A DNA stretch of 28,224 bases from Candidatus Sulfobium sp. (GTDB lineage: Bacteria > Nitrospirota > Thermodesulfovibrionia > Thermodesulfovibrionales > UBA6898), in the NCBI GenBank assembly GCA_037380845.1, contig JARRRI010000046.1, positions 1 through 28,224 on the forward strand. Direction: 5' to 3'. Below are positions 1 through 9,463 of this stretch, one piece after another (position 1 is the first letter of the stretch; each line of letters begins with the position of its first letter). Both the position numbers and the translations under genes were made by a program. A model generated the notes under the pieces. That model was given only the letters and a program-made list of their open reading frames with translations. It had not been told where the DNA came from and searched no databases.

Positions 1-746
1 CCCCTGTCATTGTGTGCGTGGGCGCTGATAATTACGCTCTCCCGGTTTCTGATATGTCGGCAGAACCACTCGATCCGGTCGGCGTAAACGTTGGGCGTCG
101 CCATCTCTACAGTCGCAGGGAGGTTCAAGATGACCTTCCTCTGCGGCGACGGCTCCCACACTTCCATGACGGCCTCGCATATCTCGAGGGCATAATCCGG
201 CTCGGTGCCAGTGAAGCTTTCCGGGGAATACTCGTACATAATCCGGCTGCCGGTCATCTTTTCCGCCTCATTCCGTATCAGTTCGGCCCCCCGGACCGCG
301 AGTTCCAGGATTTGTTCTTTCCCCATGCGGAAGACTACGCGGCGCTGCAGTTCGGATGTCGAGTTGTAGAGGTGAACAATCGCCTGTTTTACACCCTGAA
401 GAGATTCGAAAGTCCTCCTGATGAGATGGTCTCGTGACTGTGTCAGCACCTGTACGGCCACATTCCCCGGTATCAAATCCTCTTCTATCAGAAGTCTCAG
501 GAAATCGTACTCAGTCTGAGAAGCGGAAGGAAATCCAGCTTCTATTTCCCTGAAGCCGGTTTCAACAAGCAGTTCAAACATCTCTCTCTTCTCTCCCAGT
601 CCCATCGGGACGATCAGGGCCTGATTTCCGTCTCTCAGATCGACGCTGCACCATTTCGGGGCATGGGTGATCGCTGCGGACGGCCATTTGCGGTCGGGCA
701 GATCCACCGGCGGGCAGGGTCTGTATTTGTGAACCGGCATCTTCAT
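1..746 (-). CDS. leuA: 2-isopropylmalate synthase, 5' part (runs off the window edge)
   Basis: Not in the ORF track. The minus strand from ATG 746 reads [44 protein letters not shown], which carries the DLRDGNQ motif of IPM synthase. SD GGAGG lies upstream. Confidence 0.95.
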   Translation of the reverse strand, partial: MKMPVHKYRPCPPVDLPDRKWPSAAITHAPKWCSVDLRDGNQALIVPMGLGEKREMFELLVETGFREIEAGFPSASQTEYDFLRLLIEEDLIPGNVAVQVLTQSRDHLIRRTFESLQGVKQAIVHLYNSTSELQRRVVFRMGKEQILELAVRGAELIRNEAEKMTGSRIMYEYSPESFTGTEPDYALEICEAVMEVWEPSPQRKVILNLPATVEMATPNVYADRIEWFCRHIRNRESVIISAHAHNDR

Positions 747-763
747 GGTTGTTTCCTCCTTTG

Positions 764-798
764 AAATAAAAAAGGCCACGGTTCTACACCGTGGCCTT
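764..798 (-). terminator. Intrinsic terminator in the leuA leader (attenuator terminator)
   Basis: 11-bp stem AAGGCCACGGT/ACCGTGGCCTT (772-782/788-798), 5-nt loop, then a U-tract on the minus strand just upstream of the leuA SD. Confidence 0.85.
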
Positions 799-823
799 CT
801 GGTTATCTTATGCAGAATTTAAA

Positions 824-913
824 CTAAAAGTCTGAAATCATCCTCACCAGCCACGGCTGTTGCCATGCTGTCCCACTAAGTCGTTCAGGTAAAAGAGGAT
901 TTCTCCGTTCCAT
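824..913 (-). CDS. Putative 29-aa leu attenuator leader peptide MERRNPLLPERLSGTAWQQPWLVRMISDF
   Basis: Starts 5 nt after a -10 box. Leu codons at positions 7, 8, 12 and 22. Overlaps the segment CCGTGGCTGGT, which is complementary to the terminator 5' arm. Confidence 0.5.
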   Translation of the reverse strand: MERRNPLLPERLSGTAWQQPWLVRMISDF

Positions 914-918
914 GAATA

Positions 919-948
919 ACAATAGCCCGTGAGGGTCTTTTTTGTCAA
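919..948 (-). promoter_or_regulatory. sigma70-type promoter for the leuA leader
   Basis: TTGACA-N18-TATTGT on the minus strand. Confidence 0.65.
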
Positions 949-979
949 GAAAGACCAGACAGAGAAATCTTTATCTTCA

Positions 980-3349
980 TCAATCATTGCGCTTCCAGGT
1001 CCATTCCCTGATCTCCGGCATGTCCTGACCATATTTCGATATGTATTCCTTGTGCTCTATCAGTTTGTCGCGTATGGTCTGTTTGGTATAGGCAGCGATG
1101 TATCCCAGCTTTGGAACACGGTCGATCACGTCCGACACGAGATGGAAACGGTCAAGGTCGTTCCTGACAACCATGTCGAAGGGGGTGGTGGTGGTCCCTT
1201 CCTCCTTGTACCCGCGGACATGGAGGTTCTTATGGTTCGTCCTGCGATAGGTGAGGCGGTGGATCAGCCAGGGATAGCCGTGGTAGGCGAAGATTATCGG
1301 CTTCTCCGTGGTAAAGATGGTGTCAAAGTCCCGGCCGGAGAGGCCGTGGGGGTGTTCCTCTTTTGGCTGGAGTGTCATAAGGTCGACCACATTGATTACC
1401 CGCATCTTCAGGTCGGGGGCATGTTCACGCAGCAGTTCCACTGCTGCAAGGGTTTCGATAGTAGGTACGTCCCCGGCGCAGGCCATTACCACATCGGGCT
1501 CGCCACCTCTGTCGTTACTCGCCCACTCCCAGATGCCGATGCCTGAAGTGCAATGTCTGACGGCCTCTTCCATACTGAGCCACTGTGGCTGTGGCTGCTT
1601 TCCCGCTACTATGACGTTCACATAATTACGGCTGCGAAGGCAATGGTCCGTCACCGACAGAAGGGTGTTTGCGTCGGGGGGGAAATAGACCCTTACGACA
1701 TCAGCCTTCTTATTGACCACGTGGTCTATGAATCCCGGGTCCTGATGGCTGAAGCCGTTGTGGTCCTGGCGCCATACATGCGAAGTGAGCAGATAGTTGA
1801 GAGAGGCGATCGGCCGGCGCCAGGGGATTTCGCCCCGCGTGGTCTTGAGCCATTTCGCATGCTGGTTGAACATCGAGTCGACTATGTGGATAAACGCCTC
1901 GTAGCAGGAGAAGAAACCGTGGCGGCCTGTGAGAAGGTAGCCTTCAAGCCACCCCTGACACGTATGTTCACTCAGTATTTCCATTACCCTTCCGTCGCGG
2001 GAAAGTTGCTCATCCTCGGGCAGCATTTCCGCCATCCATCTCCGGTCGGTGACATCGAACAGTGCGCTGAGCCGGTTGGAAGCAGTTTCGTCGGGTCCCA
2101 TTACCCGAAAATTCTTCTGGTCCATGTTGAGCTTCATGATGTCACGCAGAAAGGACCCCATTACCCTCGTTGCTTCCGCAACCGTTCCGCCCGGTTTGGG
2201 AACATCGACCGCATAGTCCCGGAAGTCCGGCATCCTGAGGTCTTTCAGGAGAAGCCCGCCGTTGGCGTGAGGGTTTGCACTCATGCGTATCACTCCTTTG
2301 GGAGGCAGTTCAGCCAGTTCCGGAATGAGCGTTCCTCCACTGTCGAAAAGTTCTTCAGGCCTGTAGCTCTTCATCCAGCTTTCCAGCAGTTTGACATGCT
2401 CAGGTTTCGTCGCCATGTCCGTTATCGGCACTTGGTGGGAACGCCAGAAGCCTTCTGTTTTCAGGCCGTCTACCTCTTTTGGACCTGTCCACCCTTTAGG
2501 AGTCCGGAGCACTATCATCGGCCAGCGGGGACGTTCTGTTGCACCCTTGCCGCGGGCGGTGTCCTGAATCGTCTTTATCTCGCTGAATACCGTCTCAAGG
2601 GTGGCGGCCATGAGCTGGTGCATCGACTCCGGATCCGACCCTTCGACCAAATGTGGCCTGTAGCCATAGCCTATGAAAAGGGCCTCCAGCTCTTCCCTGC
2701 TAATACGGGCCGGGACGGTCGGGTTGGCTATCTTGTAACCGTTAAGGTGAAGAATAGGGAGGACGGCGCCGTCGGTGACCGGATTGATGAACTTGTTTGA
2801 ATGCCACGCCGTGGCCAGAGGGCCCGTCTCGGATTCGCCGTCACCGACCACACAGGCCACGATGAGATCGGGGTTGTCGAAGGCTGCCCCGTACGCGTGT
2901 GCAATCGAATAGCCCAGTTCTCCCCCTTCATGGATGGACCCCGGTGTCTCGGGGGCAGCATGGCTGGGGATGCCGCCCGGGAAAGAGAACTGTTTGAAGA
3001 GCTTCTTGAGGCCCTCCTCGTCCCTGGTAATATTCTGATATACCTCGCTATAGGTCCCTTCCAGGTAAGTGTTTGCGACCAGTCCGGGCGCGCCGTGGCC
3101 GGGGCCCAGAATGAAGATGACATTGAGGTCTCTGATCTTGATTACGCGGTTCAGATGCAGGTAAATGAAATTCACTCCGGGTGTAGTCCCCCAGTGCCCC
3201 AGAAGTCTGGGCTTAATATGTTCCAGCTTCAAGGGCTCCCTTAGCAGGGGGTTATCGAGCAGGTATATCTGTCCCACCGAAAGATAGTTCGCCGCGCGCC
3301 AATAGGCGTTCATGGCATCGAGTTCTTCCCGGGAGAGAATGTCCGGCAT
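980..3349 (-). CDS. xfp: Xylulose-5-P/fructose-6-P phosphoketolase
   Basis: 789 aa. Motifs [28 protein letters not shown] (TPP binding), [24 protein letters not shown]. Confidence 0.97.
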   Translation of the reverse strand: MPDILSREELDAMNAYWRAANYLSVGQIYLLDNPLLREPLKLEHIKPRLLGHWGTTPGVNFIYLHLNRVIKIRDLNVIFILGPGHGAPGLVANTYLEGTYSEVYQNITRDEEGLKKLFKQFSFPGGIPSHAAPETPGSIHEGGELGYSIAHAYGAAFDNPDLIVACVVGDGESETGPLATAWHSNKFINPVTDGAVLPILHLNGYKIANPTVPARISREELEALFIGYGYRPHLVEGSDPESMHQLMAATLETVFSEIKTIQDTARGKGATERPRWPMIVLRTPKGWTGPKEVDGLKTEGFWRSHQVPITDMATKPEHVKLLESWMKSYRPEELFDSGGTLIPELAELPPKGVIRMSANPHANGGLLLKDLRMPDFRDYAVDVPKPGGTVAEATRVMGSFLRDIMKLNMDQKNFRVMGPDETASNRLSALFDVTDRRWMAEMLPEDEQLSRDGRVMEILSEHTCQGWLEGYLLTGRHGFFSCYEAFIHIVDSMFNQHAKWLKTTRGEIPWRRPIASLNYLLTSHVWRQDHNGFSHQDPGFIDHVVNKKADVVRVYFPPDANTLLSVTDHCLRSRNYVNVIVAGKQPQPQWLSMEEAVRHCTSGIGIWEWASNDRGGEPDVVMACAGDVPTIETLAAVELLREHAPDLKMRVINVVDLMTLQPKEEHPHGLSGRDFDTIFTTEKPIIFAYHGYPWLIHRLTYRRTNHKNLHVRGYKEEGTTTTPFDMVVRNDLDRFHLVSDVIDRVPKLGYIAAYTKQTIRDKLIEHKEYISKYGQDMPEIREWTWKRND

Positions 3350-3414
3350 GGCGGCCTCCTGTTGTTTTGCTGAGGTTTTCTAAATAGGAAGAAATTCTGA
3401 ATAAACCTGATCCA

Positions 3415-3442
3415 AGTTTATCACATTGAGGGGGAAAGTCAA
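3415..3442 (-). promoter_or_regulatory. Putative xfp promoter
   Basis: TTGACT-N16-TAAACT with an extended -10 TG. Confidence 0.5.
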
Positions 3443-3576
3443 CGCATACGGCGCCGAGCCTCCCCTTCTGCAGGGTCAAAAAAGTGAAAAGCCGTTGCAG
3501 AAATTATTAGTTGTGCCGAATAATATTGACTTAAAAGTGATTCAGGAGCAAATCGGGAAAGTATGACAGACAGGCA

Positions 3577-4293
3577 ATGAACCTTATTCTCCTGTTTCCC
3601 CGTGATTTTGTCGGGGAGGGTCGCGTTCGCCTTGAGGGACGGCGCTTCAGACATGTGAAGGAGATACATCGCGCCTCGGTAGGCGACGAACTGCATGTCG
3701 GGCTGGCCGGCAGTCTCGCGGGGAGGGGAAGGGTGATCGAACTCCGCGACGGGTTGATCGAGATGGATGTTGATCTCTTCGAAGAACCACCGGCCCCCCT
3801 GCCGGTGACCCTTGTCCTCGCCCTGCCAAGGCCCAAGGTGCTCAGAAGGGTACTGTCTTCCGTGACCTCTATGGGAGTCAAGAAGATTGCTCTTACCAAC
3901 TCCTGGCGGGTCGAAAAAAGTTTCTGGCAGAGCCCTCTGCTGGAAGCGGACAAGGTGAACAGTGAGCTCGTGCGTGGACTTGAACAGGCCCGCGATACAG
4001 TTATGCCCGAAGTCCTTATCCGTCCCCTGTTCAGACCGTTTGTGGAGGACGAGTTGCCGGAAATTGTGGAGGGGACGGTCCCGCTTGTCGCTCATCCCTC
4101 TGCCACCCGGGAATGTCCGCGGCAGTCTGGCGGAAGGGTGACCCTGGCAATCGGACCGGAAGGCGGATTCATCGACTACGAAATTGAAAAGTTGACTGAG
4201 TGCGGGTTTTCGGCAGTAAGTCTAGGTAGCCGCATTCTCACCGTCGAGACGGTTATCCCTTTTGTGGTGGGCAGATTGTTCCAGATCGCTTAA
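3577..4293 (+). CDS. rsmE: 16S rRNA m3U1498 methyltransferase
   Basis: SPOUT motifs LALPRPK, IGPEGGF, LGSRILTVET. Confidence 0.92.
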   Translation: MNLILLFPRDFVGEGRVRLEGRRFRHVKEIHRASVGDELHVGLAGSLAGRGRVIELRDGLIEMDVDLFEEPPAPLPVTLVLALPRPKVLRRVLSSVTSMGVKKIALTNSWRVEKSFWQSPLLEADKVNSELVRGLEQARDTVMPEVLIRPLFRPFVEDELPEIVEGTVPLVAHPSATRECPRQSGGRVTLAIGPEGGFIDYEIEKLTECGFSAVSLGSRILTVETVIPFVVGRLFQIA

Positions 4294-4296
4294 TAT

Positions 4297-4378
4297 AGCC
4301 ACAAAAAGCACAAAATCCCAAAATATTCAAATATTGACAGAAGCCTTTTCTTATGTGTTATTTGTGCTGTTTGTGGCT
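4297..4378. repeat. Inverted repeat between convergent genes (repeat element or bidirectional terminator)
   Basis: AGCCACAAAAAGCACAAA ... TTTGTGCTGTTTGTGGCT, 17 of 18 bp complementary, AT-rich spacer. Confidence 0.7.
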
Positions 4379-4394
4379 TATTGTTTTTTTATTC

Positions 4395-5300
4395 TTACTC
4401 GACGTCCACCATGAATTGTGTGAGAACGATCCTGCCGTGGTGTTTTATCTGGCCGAATATCTTGTAGAGACCCTTTACGGGAAAGACCACGCGGGCCTCG
4501 ATATAGGGGCCGAAATTTCCATGGACCGTTCCGTGTATATGGCCGACCGGTTGGTCCATATGATGGTTCTCCGTGCCCGGCACCATGCCGTGAGCATGGA
4601 TAAAGTCGTTCAGATCGGCGTGGACGACGGCGATATGCATGGGGGCGGAGAGATAGAGTTCGAGGTCGGCAACGGGCCGGCCTCCATTTTCGACGAAATA
4701 TTTCAGGGTGGTCGCCTCCCCGGCCCTGATGTGAACCGGAGATGTGCTGAAAGTCACATGGTATTTCCCGAAGTCTTTTTCTTTCGACAGGTCTTTCTCC
4801 GGGTGTCCCATGTGGGGCCGGCCTGTAACGTTGACGATAAAGTGCCTTGAAAAGTGGCGACCTCTCACCACATAGTCCACGGCGACGAGATACTTTCCTG
4901 CCTCCGGGAAGGTATAGTGAACTGGAAAGGTGGCGCTCTTCTTCATTTGGTCCGTTATCGGTCCTGAATCTTCGGGATGGATATGGGCAAAGATACTGAA
5001 ATCCCTGCTGACTACTACCACATGTAGCAGGCGGTCATGCATGACCGACAACTGCGCCGGCCTGCCCTGCGAGTCGGTAATGTGAAAGGAAAGGACTTCC
5101 GGCATGCCGGCTGCCGGAGTTGCAGGATCGATTTCCATTTCAGCCTGAGCGATGATGCCGGCGGCACCGCTTGCTCCGGTACCTTCTTCGTGGGCATCTG
5201 CAGGGGCGACAATGAAGTGCATTCCGAAGAGGCTCACGCAGAGCGTAATCATTAAGGCGAAAATATTAATGCGGTTTTTCCCGGACCTGTATTTTTTCAC
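4395..5300 (-). CDS. Exported His/Met-rich putative heavy-metal (copper?) binding protein with two repeated beta domains
   Basis: Signal peptide ending ADA-HEE. Internal duplication HDRLLHVVVVSRDFSIFAHIHP / SAPMHIAVVHADLNDFIHAH. His/Met-rich linkers. Confidence 0.7.
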   Translation of the reverse strand: MKKYRSGKNRINIFALMITLCVSLFGMHFIVAPADAHEEGTGASGAAGIIAQAEMEIDPATPAAGMPEVLSFHITDSQGRPAQLSVMHDRLLHVVVVSRDFSIFAHIHPEDSGPITDQMKKSATFPVHYTFPEAGKYLVAVDYVVRGRHFSRHFIVNVTGRPHMGHPEKDLSKEKDFGKYHVTFSTSPVHIRAGEATTLKYFVENGGRPVADLELYLSAPMHIAVVHADLNDFIHAHGMVPGTENHHMDQPVGHIHGTVHGNFGPYIEARVVFPVKGLYKIFGQIKHHGRIVLTQFMVDVE

Positions 5301-5532
5301 TGGACGGGATCTCCTTTCGAATTGGTTCCATTTTCATTATATCAACCTTTGGGCCACTGCTTTAATACCTGACATAGCCACATAATGCAAAAAAATACAT
5401 GAGAAAATACTACATTAATGACAGTCTTTGAATGCCTTGCGCTTTTTTGAGGCAGCGTCCGGAGGTTCTGCCGTGCTGCGAGGATTCGGGGCCATGCAGC
5501 GATCTGCTATACTTTCAGAGGTAATAAACGTC

Positions 5533-6258
5533 ATGCTTTTTAAAGAGAAGATCGGGAACTTTTATGCCGCGACAGTGGATGATCTGCGCGGGGCCCGCAG
5601 CTACGTATATTTTGCGGTGGCTGTATATATGGCCGCTCTTCTGGTCGGCCTTGCCTTCCCCGGCCGCTTCGAGATATTCCTGGATTCTTTCAGGAAACTC
5701 GCCGAGAAGTTCGCGGGACGCAGCTTACCCGTCCTCATTGTCATGATCTTCCTCCAGAACCTTTTTGCCTCCTTTGTCTCAATGTGGGCAGGTGCGCTTC
5801 TTGGACTGGTGCCGCTGGCTGCGGCTGCGACTAACGGCATCCTGCTCGGCGTGGTCCTGTCGGCGGCTAACGGGAACTTCGGACATGCAATGTGGAAATT
5901 GATACCGCACGGCATTTTTGAAATGCCGGCGGTGTTCATCTCCTGGGGACTGGGCATGTGGCGCGGCGCATGGCCTTTCCGAAGACGGAGGGAGACCAGG
6001 TTTCGTGAAAGGGCCGCCGGGGCATACCGTATTTTTTTGCTCCGGCAATTAAATATCTTAGAGTCGTCATTCCACGGTCCAGTCGCCTTTGGCGCCGCCG
6101 TGGCGGGTAAGCCCGCCTTGTGGCTGGCGGGTAAACTTGACCGGGGGATCCATAATGAACCGGATGCTCCGATCAAGCGGGAGCATGATATGTTTCAACT
6201 ATATAACCCCGGCGTAATAAAGAGTCTGTCCCTGAGCGCTCTTTTCAGGTATTATTAA
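5533..6258 (+). CDS. SpoIIM (DUF95)-family membrane protein whose C-terminus is replaced by a read-through repeat element
   Basis: IFLQN, NGILLG and IPHGIFEMPA motifs. ATG 5533 follows TGnTATACT and GAGG. After YRIFL the frame runs into the palindromic element 6034-6220. Confidence 0.75.
   Translation: MLFKEKIGNFYAATVDDLRGARSYVYFAVAVYMAALLVGLAFPGRFEIFLDSFRKLAEKFAGRSLPVLIVMIFLQNLFASFVSMWAGALLGLVPLAAAATNGILLGVVLSAANGNFGHAMWKLIPHGIFEMPAVFISWGLGMWRGAWPFRRRRETRFRERAAGAYRIFLLRQLNILESSFHGPVAFGAAVAGKPALWLAGKLDRGIHNEPDAPIKREHDMFQLYNPGVIKSLSLSALFRYY
6034..6220. mobile_element. Miniature palindromic element (GTCAT..ATGA twin hairpins) with a nested ~58-bp insert
   Basis: Imperfect terminal IRs (CTCCGGCAATTAAATA / TATATAACCCCGGCGTAATAA). 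Core GTCATTCCACGG[6078-6135]CTTGACCGGGGGATCC..GGATGCTCCGATCAAGCGGGAGCATGA. An inverted homolog lies at 25060-25263. Confidence 0.75.
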
Positions 6259-6263
6259 GAGAC

Positions 6264-6917
6264 ATGAAATATAGGGTCGATCTGCATGTACATTCAAGAT
6301 TCAGCGGTGATAATGATTCCGATCCGGAAGATTCGATCATCCGGGCGATCGGGCTTGGGTTGACAGGCTTAGCATTTACGGAACATTATTCCTATGACGC
6401 TTCGGCACCGGTGGAGGCACTGAGGCAGAAATATGGCAATGCCATTGCAATTTTCAGGGGGGTAGAGTTCTCTTCTGAAGAAGGTCATTGCCTGGTTTTT
6501 GGCGTAGATACCGACAGGCTGTCAGTGGCAAGACACGCACACGTCGAAGAACTGGTAAAGGCGGTGAATGAATGGGGCGGTGTTGTTATTCCGTCGCATC
6601 CATACAGAAAGGGCAGCGGTGCGGGCGATATGATCCGGGGCATTGGCGGAATCTGTGCCGTCGAGGGATATAACGGCTGTAACATGAACTGCTTCAATGA
6701 ACAGGCGGTTGCATTGGCAGCCGCACTCAATTTGCCTTTTACGGGAGGCTCGGACGCGCATTTTCCCGGGGAAGTCGGTTCTTGCTTTACTGAATTCGAA
6801 GACCGGCCCACTTACGATAATTTTGTTTTTTTACTGCAAGCCGGCAGGTATCGGGGCGTAGACGCGAGGAAGATCAGCAGGATTCATCATTTCGGACAGG
6901 CGACGGTCCGTGACTGA
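6264..6917 (+). CDS. PHP-domain metal-dependent phosphoesterase
   Basis: DLHVHS, FTEH, GVE, SHPY and GGSDAH motifs. Confidence 0.92.
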   Translation: MKYRVDLHVHSRFSGDNDSDPEDSIIRAIGLGLTGLAFTEHYSYDASAPVEALRQKYGNAIAIFRGVEFSSEEGHCLVFGVDTDRLSVARHAHVEELVKAVNEWGGVVIPSHPYRKGSGAGDMIRGIGGICAVEGYNGCNMNCFNEQAVALAAALNLPFTGGSDAHFPGEVGSCFTEFEDRPTYDNFVFLLQAGRYRGVDARKISRIHHFGQATVRD

Positions 6918-6949
6918 AGCCGGGGGTGAGGAGGTCCGGGCGAAGAGTT

Positions 6950-8158
6950 ATGGAAAAGTATGACGTTTTAGTGGTGGGGGCCGGGATAAGCGGCCTGAGC
7001 CTGGCGCATTACTGTGCCCGTGCCGGGTTTAAGACTGTTGTGATCGAAAAGCGCGAGCGCACGGGCGGTGCCTTTTGTTCCCACAGGTTCGAAGGCGAGG
7101 CGGAGGATTTCTGGCTGGAAATGGGGGCTCATACCTGCTATAACTCCTACGGCAATTTCATAGGGATTCTCGAAGACCGCGGCATCATGGACCGCATCAT
7201 CCCGCGGGAGAGAGTGTCTTTCAAGATGCTGGTCGACCACGAAGTAAAGTCTATTGTTTCTCAGTTGAGCTTCCCGGAACTGCTCCTTTCGGCACCCCGT
7301 GTTCTGACCCTCAAAAAAGAAGGACGCAGTGTAGAGTCCTATTATTCGAAAATAGTCGGACTGGGGAACTTCGACAAGGTTTTCTCTCCCGCCTTCAATG
7401 CCGTGGTGTCTCAGGATGCCCGTGATTTTCCCGCGGACATGCTGTTCAAAAAGAGGGGCCGCAGGAAGGACGTAATAAAGAAATTCACTCTTACCGGCGG
7501 AGTCCAGACGGTGACGGATGCCATCAGCAACGGAAGTGATTTCGACATGGTACGGGGACAGGAGGTTACGGGACTGGATTTCAGGGATGGTCTTTTTGAA
7601 GCGGCTCTTTCCGACGGGCGGAGTTTTCAGTCTCCGTTTCTCGCAGTCGCTGCTCCTGCCACTGTTGCAGCCCGTTTGCTTCGTCCTTTATTCCCGGATG
7701 TCGCCGGTCTGCTGTCGCGGATTGAGGTGTTCTCCGTGGAATCGGTCGGAGTGGCGGTCAGAAGGGACTCTCTTTCTTTAGGATCTGTAGCAGGGATAAT
7801 CCCAAGAAACGACGCCTTCTTTTCTGCGGTGTCGAGGGACAGCGTCAGTCACGACCTCTACAGAGGATTTGCTTTTCACTTCAAGCCGGGTCTCACCGAC
7901 CGCGATGCTAAAATGGAGAAGATTGCCGGAGTCCTCGGGATTGACCGCGGCAGACTGGACCAGGTGGCGTTCAGAGAGAACCTGGTCCCTGCCCTGAGAG
8001 TCGGTCACGGCGGGCTGGTCAGGCAGGTCGACGACCTCCTGGCGAACAAGTGTCTTTTCCTTACCGGGAATTATTTTATCGGCCTGGCCATCGAGGACTG
8101 CGTTTCCAGGTCGCTGGGCGAATTCAGGAGGTTGAAAAGGCTGGCCGGAAAGACGTGA
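6950..8158 (+). CDS. FAD-dependent oxidoreductase, HemY/protoporphyrinogen oxidase-like
   Basis: VVGAGISGL dinucleotide fold, GG..EMGAH, C-terminal GNYFIGLAIEDC. Start taken as ATG 6950. Confidence 0.8.
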   Translation: MEKYDVLVVGAGISGLSLAHYCARAGFKTVVIEKRERTGGAFCSHRFEGEAEDFWLEMGAHTCYNSYGNFIGILEDRGIMDRIIPRERVSFKMLVDHEVKSIVSQLSFPELLLSAPRVLTLKKEGRSVESYYSKIVGLGNFDKVFSPAFNAVVSQDARDFPADMLFKKRGRRKDVIKKFTLTGGVQTVTDAISNGSDFDMVRGQEVTGLDFRDGLFEAALSDGRSFQSPFLAVAAPATVAARLLRPLFPDVAGLLSRIEVFSVESVGVAVRRDSLSLGSVAGIIPRNDAFFSAVSRDSVSHDLYRGFAFHFKPGLTDRDAKMEKIAGVLGIDRGRLDQVAFRENLVPALRVGHGGLVRQVDDLLANKCLFLTGNYFIGLAIEDCVSRSLGEFRRLKRLAGKT

Positions 8159-8266
8159 TCCCGACCTCGCAAAACAGCTTTCGCGATTTTTTCGAAACTG
8201 CAAGAGTAACATACTCCCGGCCTGAGGATTATTCCCAAAACCTTCCGGTTTGGTGTAAATTTATGT

Positions 8267-8983
8267 ATGTCAGTATCGTCTACGATAAAGGCCCCTGAAC
8301 AGGTAGCCCTGCCTTTTGAGCGGGATGAGAAGGCCTTGCAGCACCATCTGCAGCACGCCCTCGGAGAAAGGATTTCCCTTACGGTGACAGACAACTCTAC
8401 GAGCATGATATCATCATGCCGCAAGAAAGGCGTCCTGTTCGTACGCCTTCACGGGATGTTCCTCACAGCAGACGTTCATGTCATCGATGAAATAGTGAAA
8501 TTCCTGCGCAACAGCCGTTGCAAAACACCTCTGATACGCAGATATATAAAAGAAAACAGCGGCCTCCTGAAGGCCCGTCCGCCGAGGACTGTGAGTGTGA
8601 AGACGCAAGGCCGGCATCACGACCTGTCGGAGATTTTTTCACGTCTGAATGACGACTATTTCGGCGGAGGGATCAGCGCCAGAATTACCTGGGGTACAAG
8701 AAAGAGAGGGCGGGCGGCAGTGAGGCTCAGAACACTCGGCAGCTACAGCAGGCATACACACACGATAAGGATAAATCCTGTGCTTGACTCAAAGTCCGTC
8801 CCGAGATATTTCGTCGAGTTTGTCCTCTATCACGAAATGCTGCACGCCGACGTCGGCACGGAGAAGAAGGGTGGACGGAGGATCGTCCACTCGAGGTCAT
8901 TCCGTGAAAGGGAGATGCTGTTTGCGGATTATGAAAGGGCATTGGCCTGGGAGAAAAAGTGGACAGGCCGTGATTGTAGTTGA
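8267..8983 (+). CDS. SprT-like zinc metalloprotease-domain protein
   Basis: LNDDYF, LGSY, IRINPVLD, HEMLH (HExxH) and a downstream HSRSF third ligand. Confidence 0.8.
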   Translation: MSVSSTIKAPEQVALPFERDEKALQHHLQHALGERISLTVTDNSTSMISSCRKKGVLFVRLHGMFLTADVHVIDEIVKFLRNSRCKTPLIRRYIKENSGLLKARPPRTVSVKTQGRHHDLSEIFSRLNDDYFGGGISARITWGTRKRGRAAVRLRTLGSYSRHTHTIRINPVLDSKSVPRYFVEFVLYHEMLHADVGTEKKGGRRIVHSRSFREREMLFADYERALAWEKKWTGRDCS

Positions 8984-9029
8984 AACAGGACGCAGGATAT
9001 CAAGACTTTGTTATTATTCGGGAGGTTGA

Positions 9030-9246
9030 TACTGCGGCAAATTAAATAGATGAAAGCCCAGAGCCGCTGTCATTCAGGCTTGTCCGGCCTGCCCCGCCCT
9101 TCAGGGGAATCTTTTTTTATTTCTTGGAAGGTCGAAGCGACTCCGGCGAAGATTCGCTACAAGATCACCGACCTGCCTGCCGGCAGACAGGCCCGGTTCA
9201 CTCGCGGGAATGACGATTTTATGGTTCTTACTCCCCGCAGTAATAA
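9030..9246. mobile_element. Miniature palindromic element of the same family, with different nested inserts
   Basis: Ends TACTGCGGCAAATTAAATA / CCGCAGTAATAA. Core GTCATTCAGGCTTGTCCG...GAATC...GCGGGAATGAC. Contains the palindrome CCTGCCTGCCGGCAGACAGG. Confidence 0.7.
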
Positions 9247-9358
9247 TACTCGTCGCTTCCGATAAATCACTGTAACCTGAACAGGTCCGAAGCGGTCTGA
9301 CGTTTCAATAATCTTCCGGGGTTTGCCCTTCCTTTCACGCCTTTGTTGCCTCACGGAC

Positions 9359-9386
9359 TTGACAACATCTCGCGAAGTGGTAAGCT
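9359..9386 (+). promoter_or_regulatory. Putative promoter of the multiheme cytochrome
   Basis: TTGACA-N16-TAAGCT with an extended -10 TG. Confidence 0.55.
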
Positions 9387-9463
9387 GTGAGTAATAACAG
9401 ACCTTTAACAGCGGGGAAAGCAGTCTCGCCTTTAATAACCGTTATATTTTATGAGGTGAAGTC

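Noticed and set aside
780..915. T-box riboswitch before leuA
   Set aside because: No UGGNACC T-box bulge, and the leader is too short for stem I.
929..3244. Long plus-strand ORFs (205, 415, 147 aa) over xfp, plus 12..437, 13848..14483 and 22562..23488
   Set aside because: Antisense shadows of well-supported genes in GC-rich DNA, with no recognisable motifs.
9050..9265. Short ORFs in repeat regions (also 12062..12370, 16443..16641, 19309..19522, 24807..25429)
   Set aside because: They are translations of palindromic repeat elements, with no convincing SD or protein features.
9390..9460. c-di-GMP/cGAMP (GEMM) riboswitch ahead of the cytochrome
   Set aside because: A GAAA-containing weak stem is present, but the GEMM core and second hairpin are absent.
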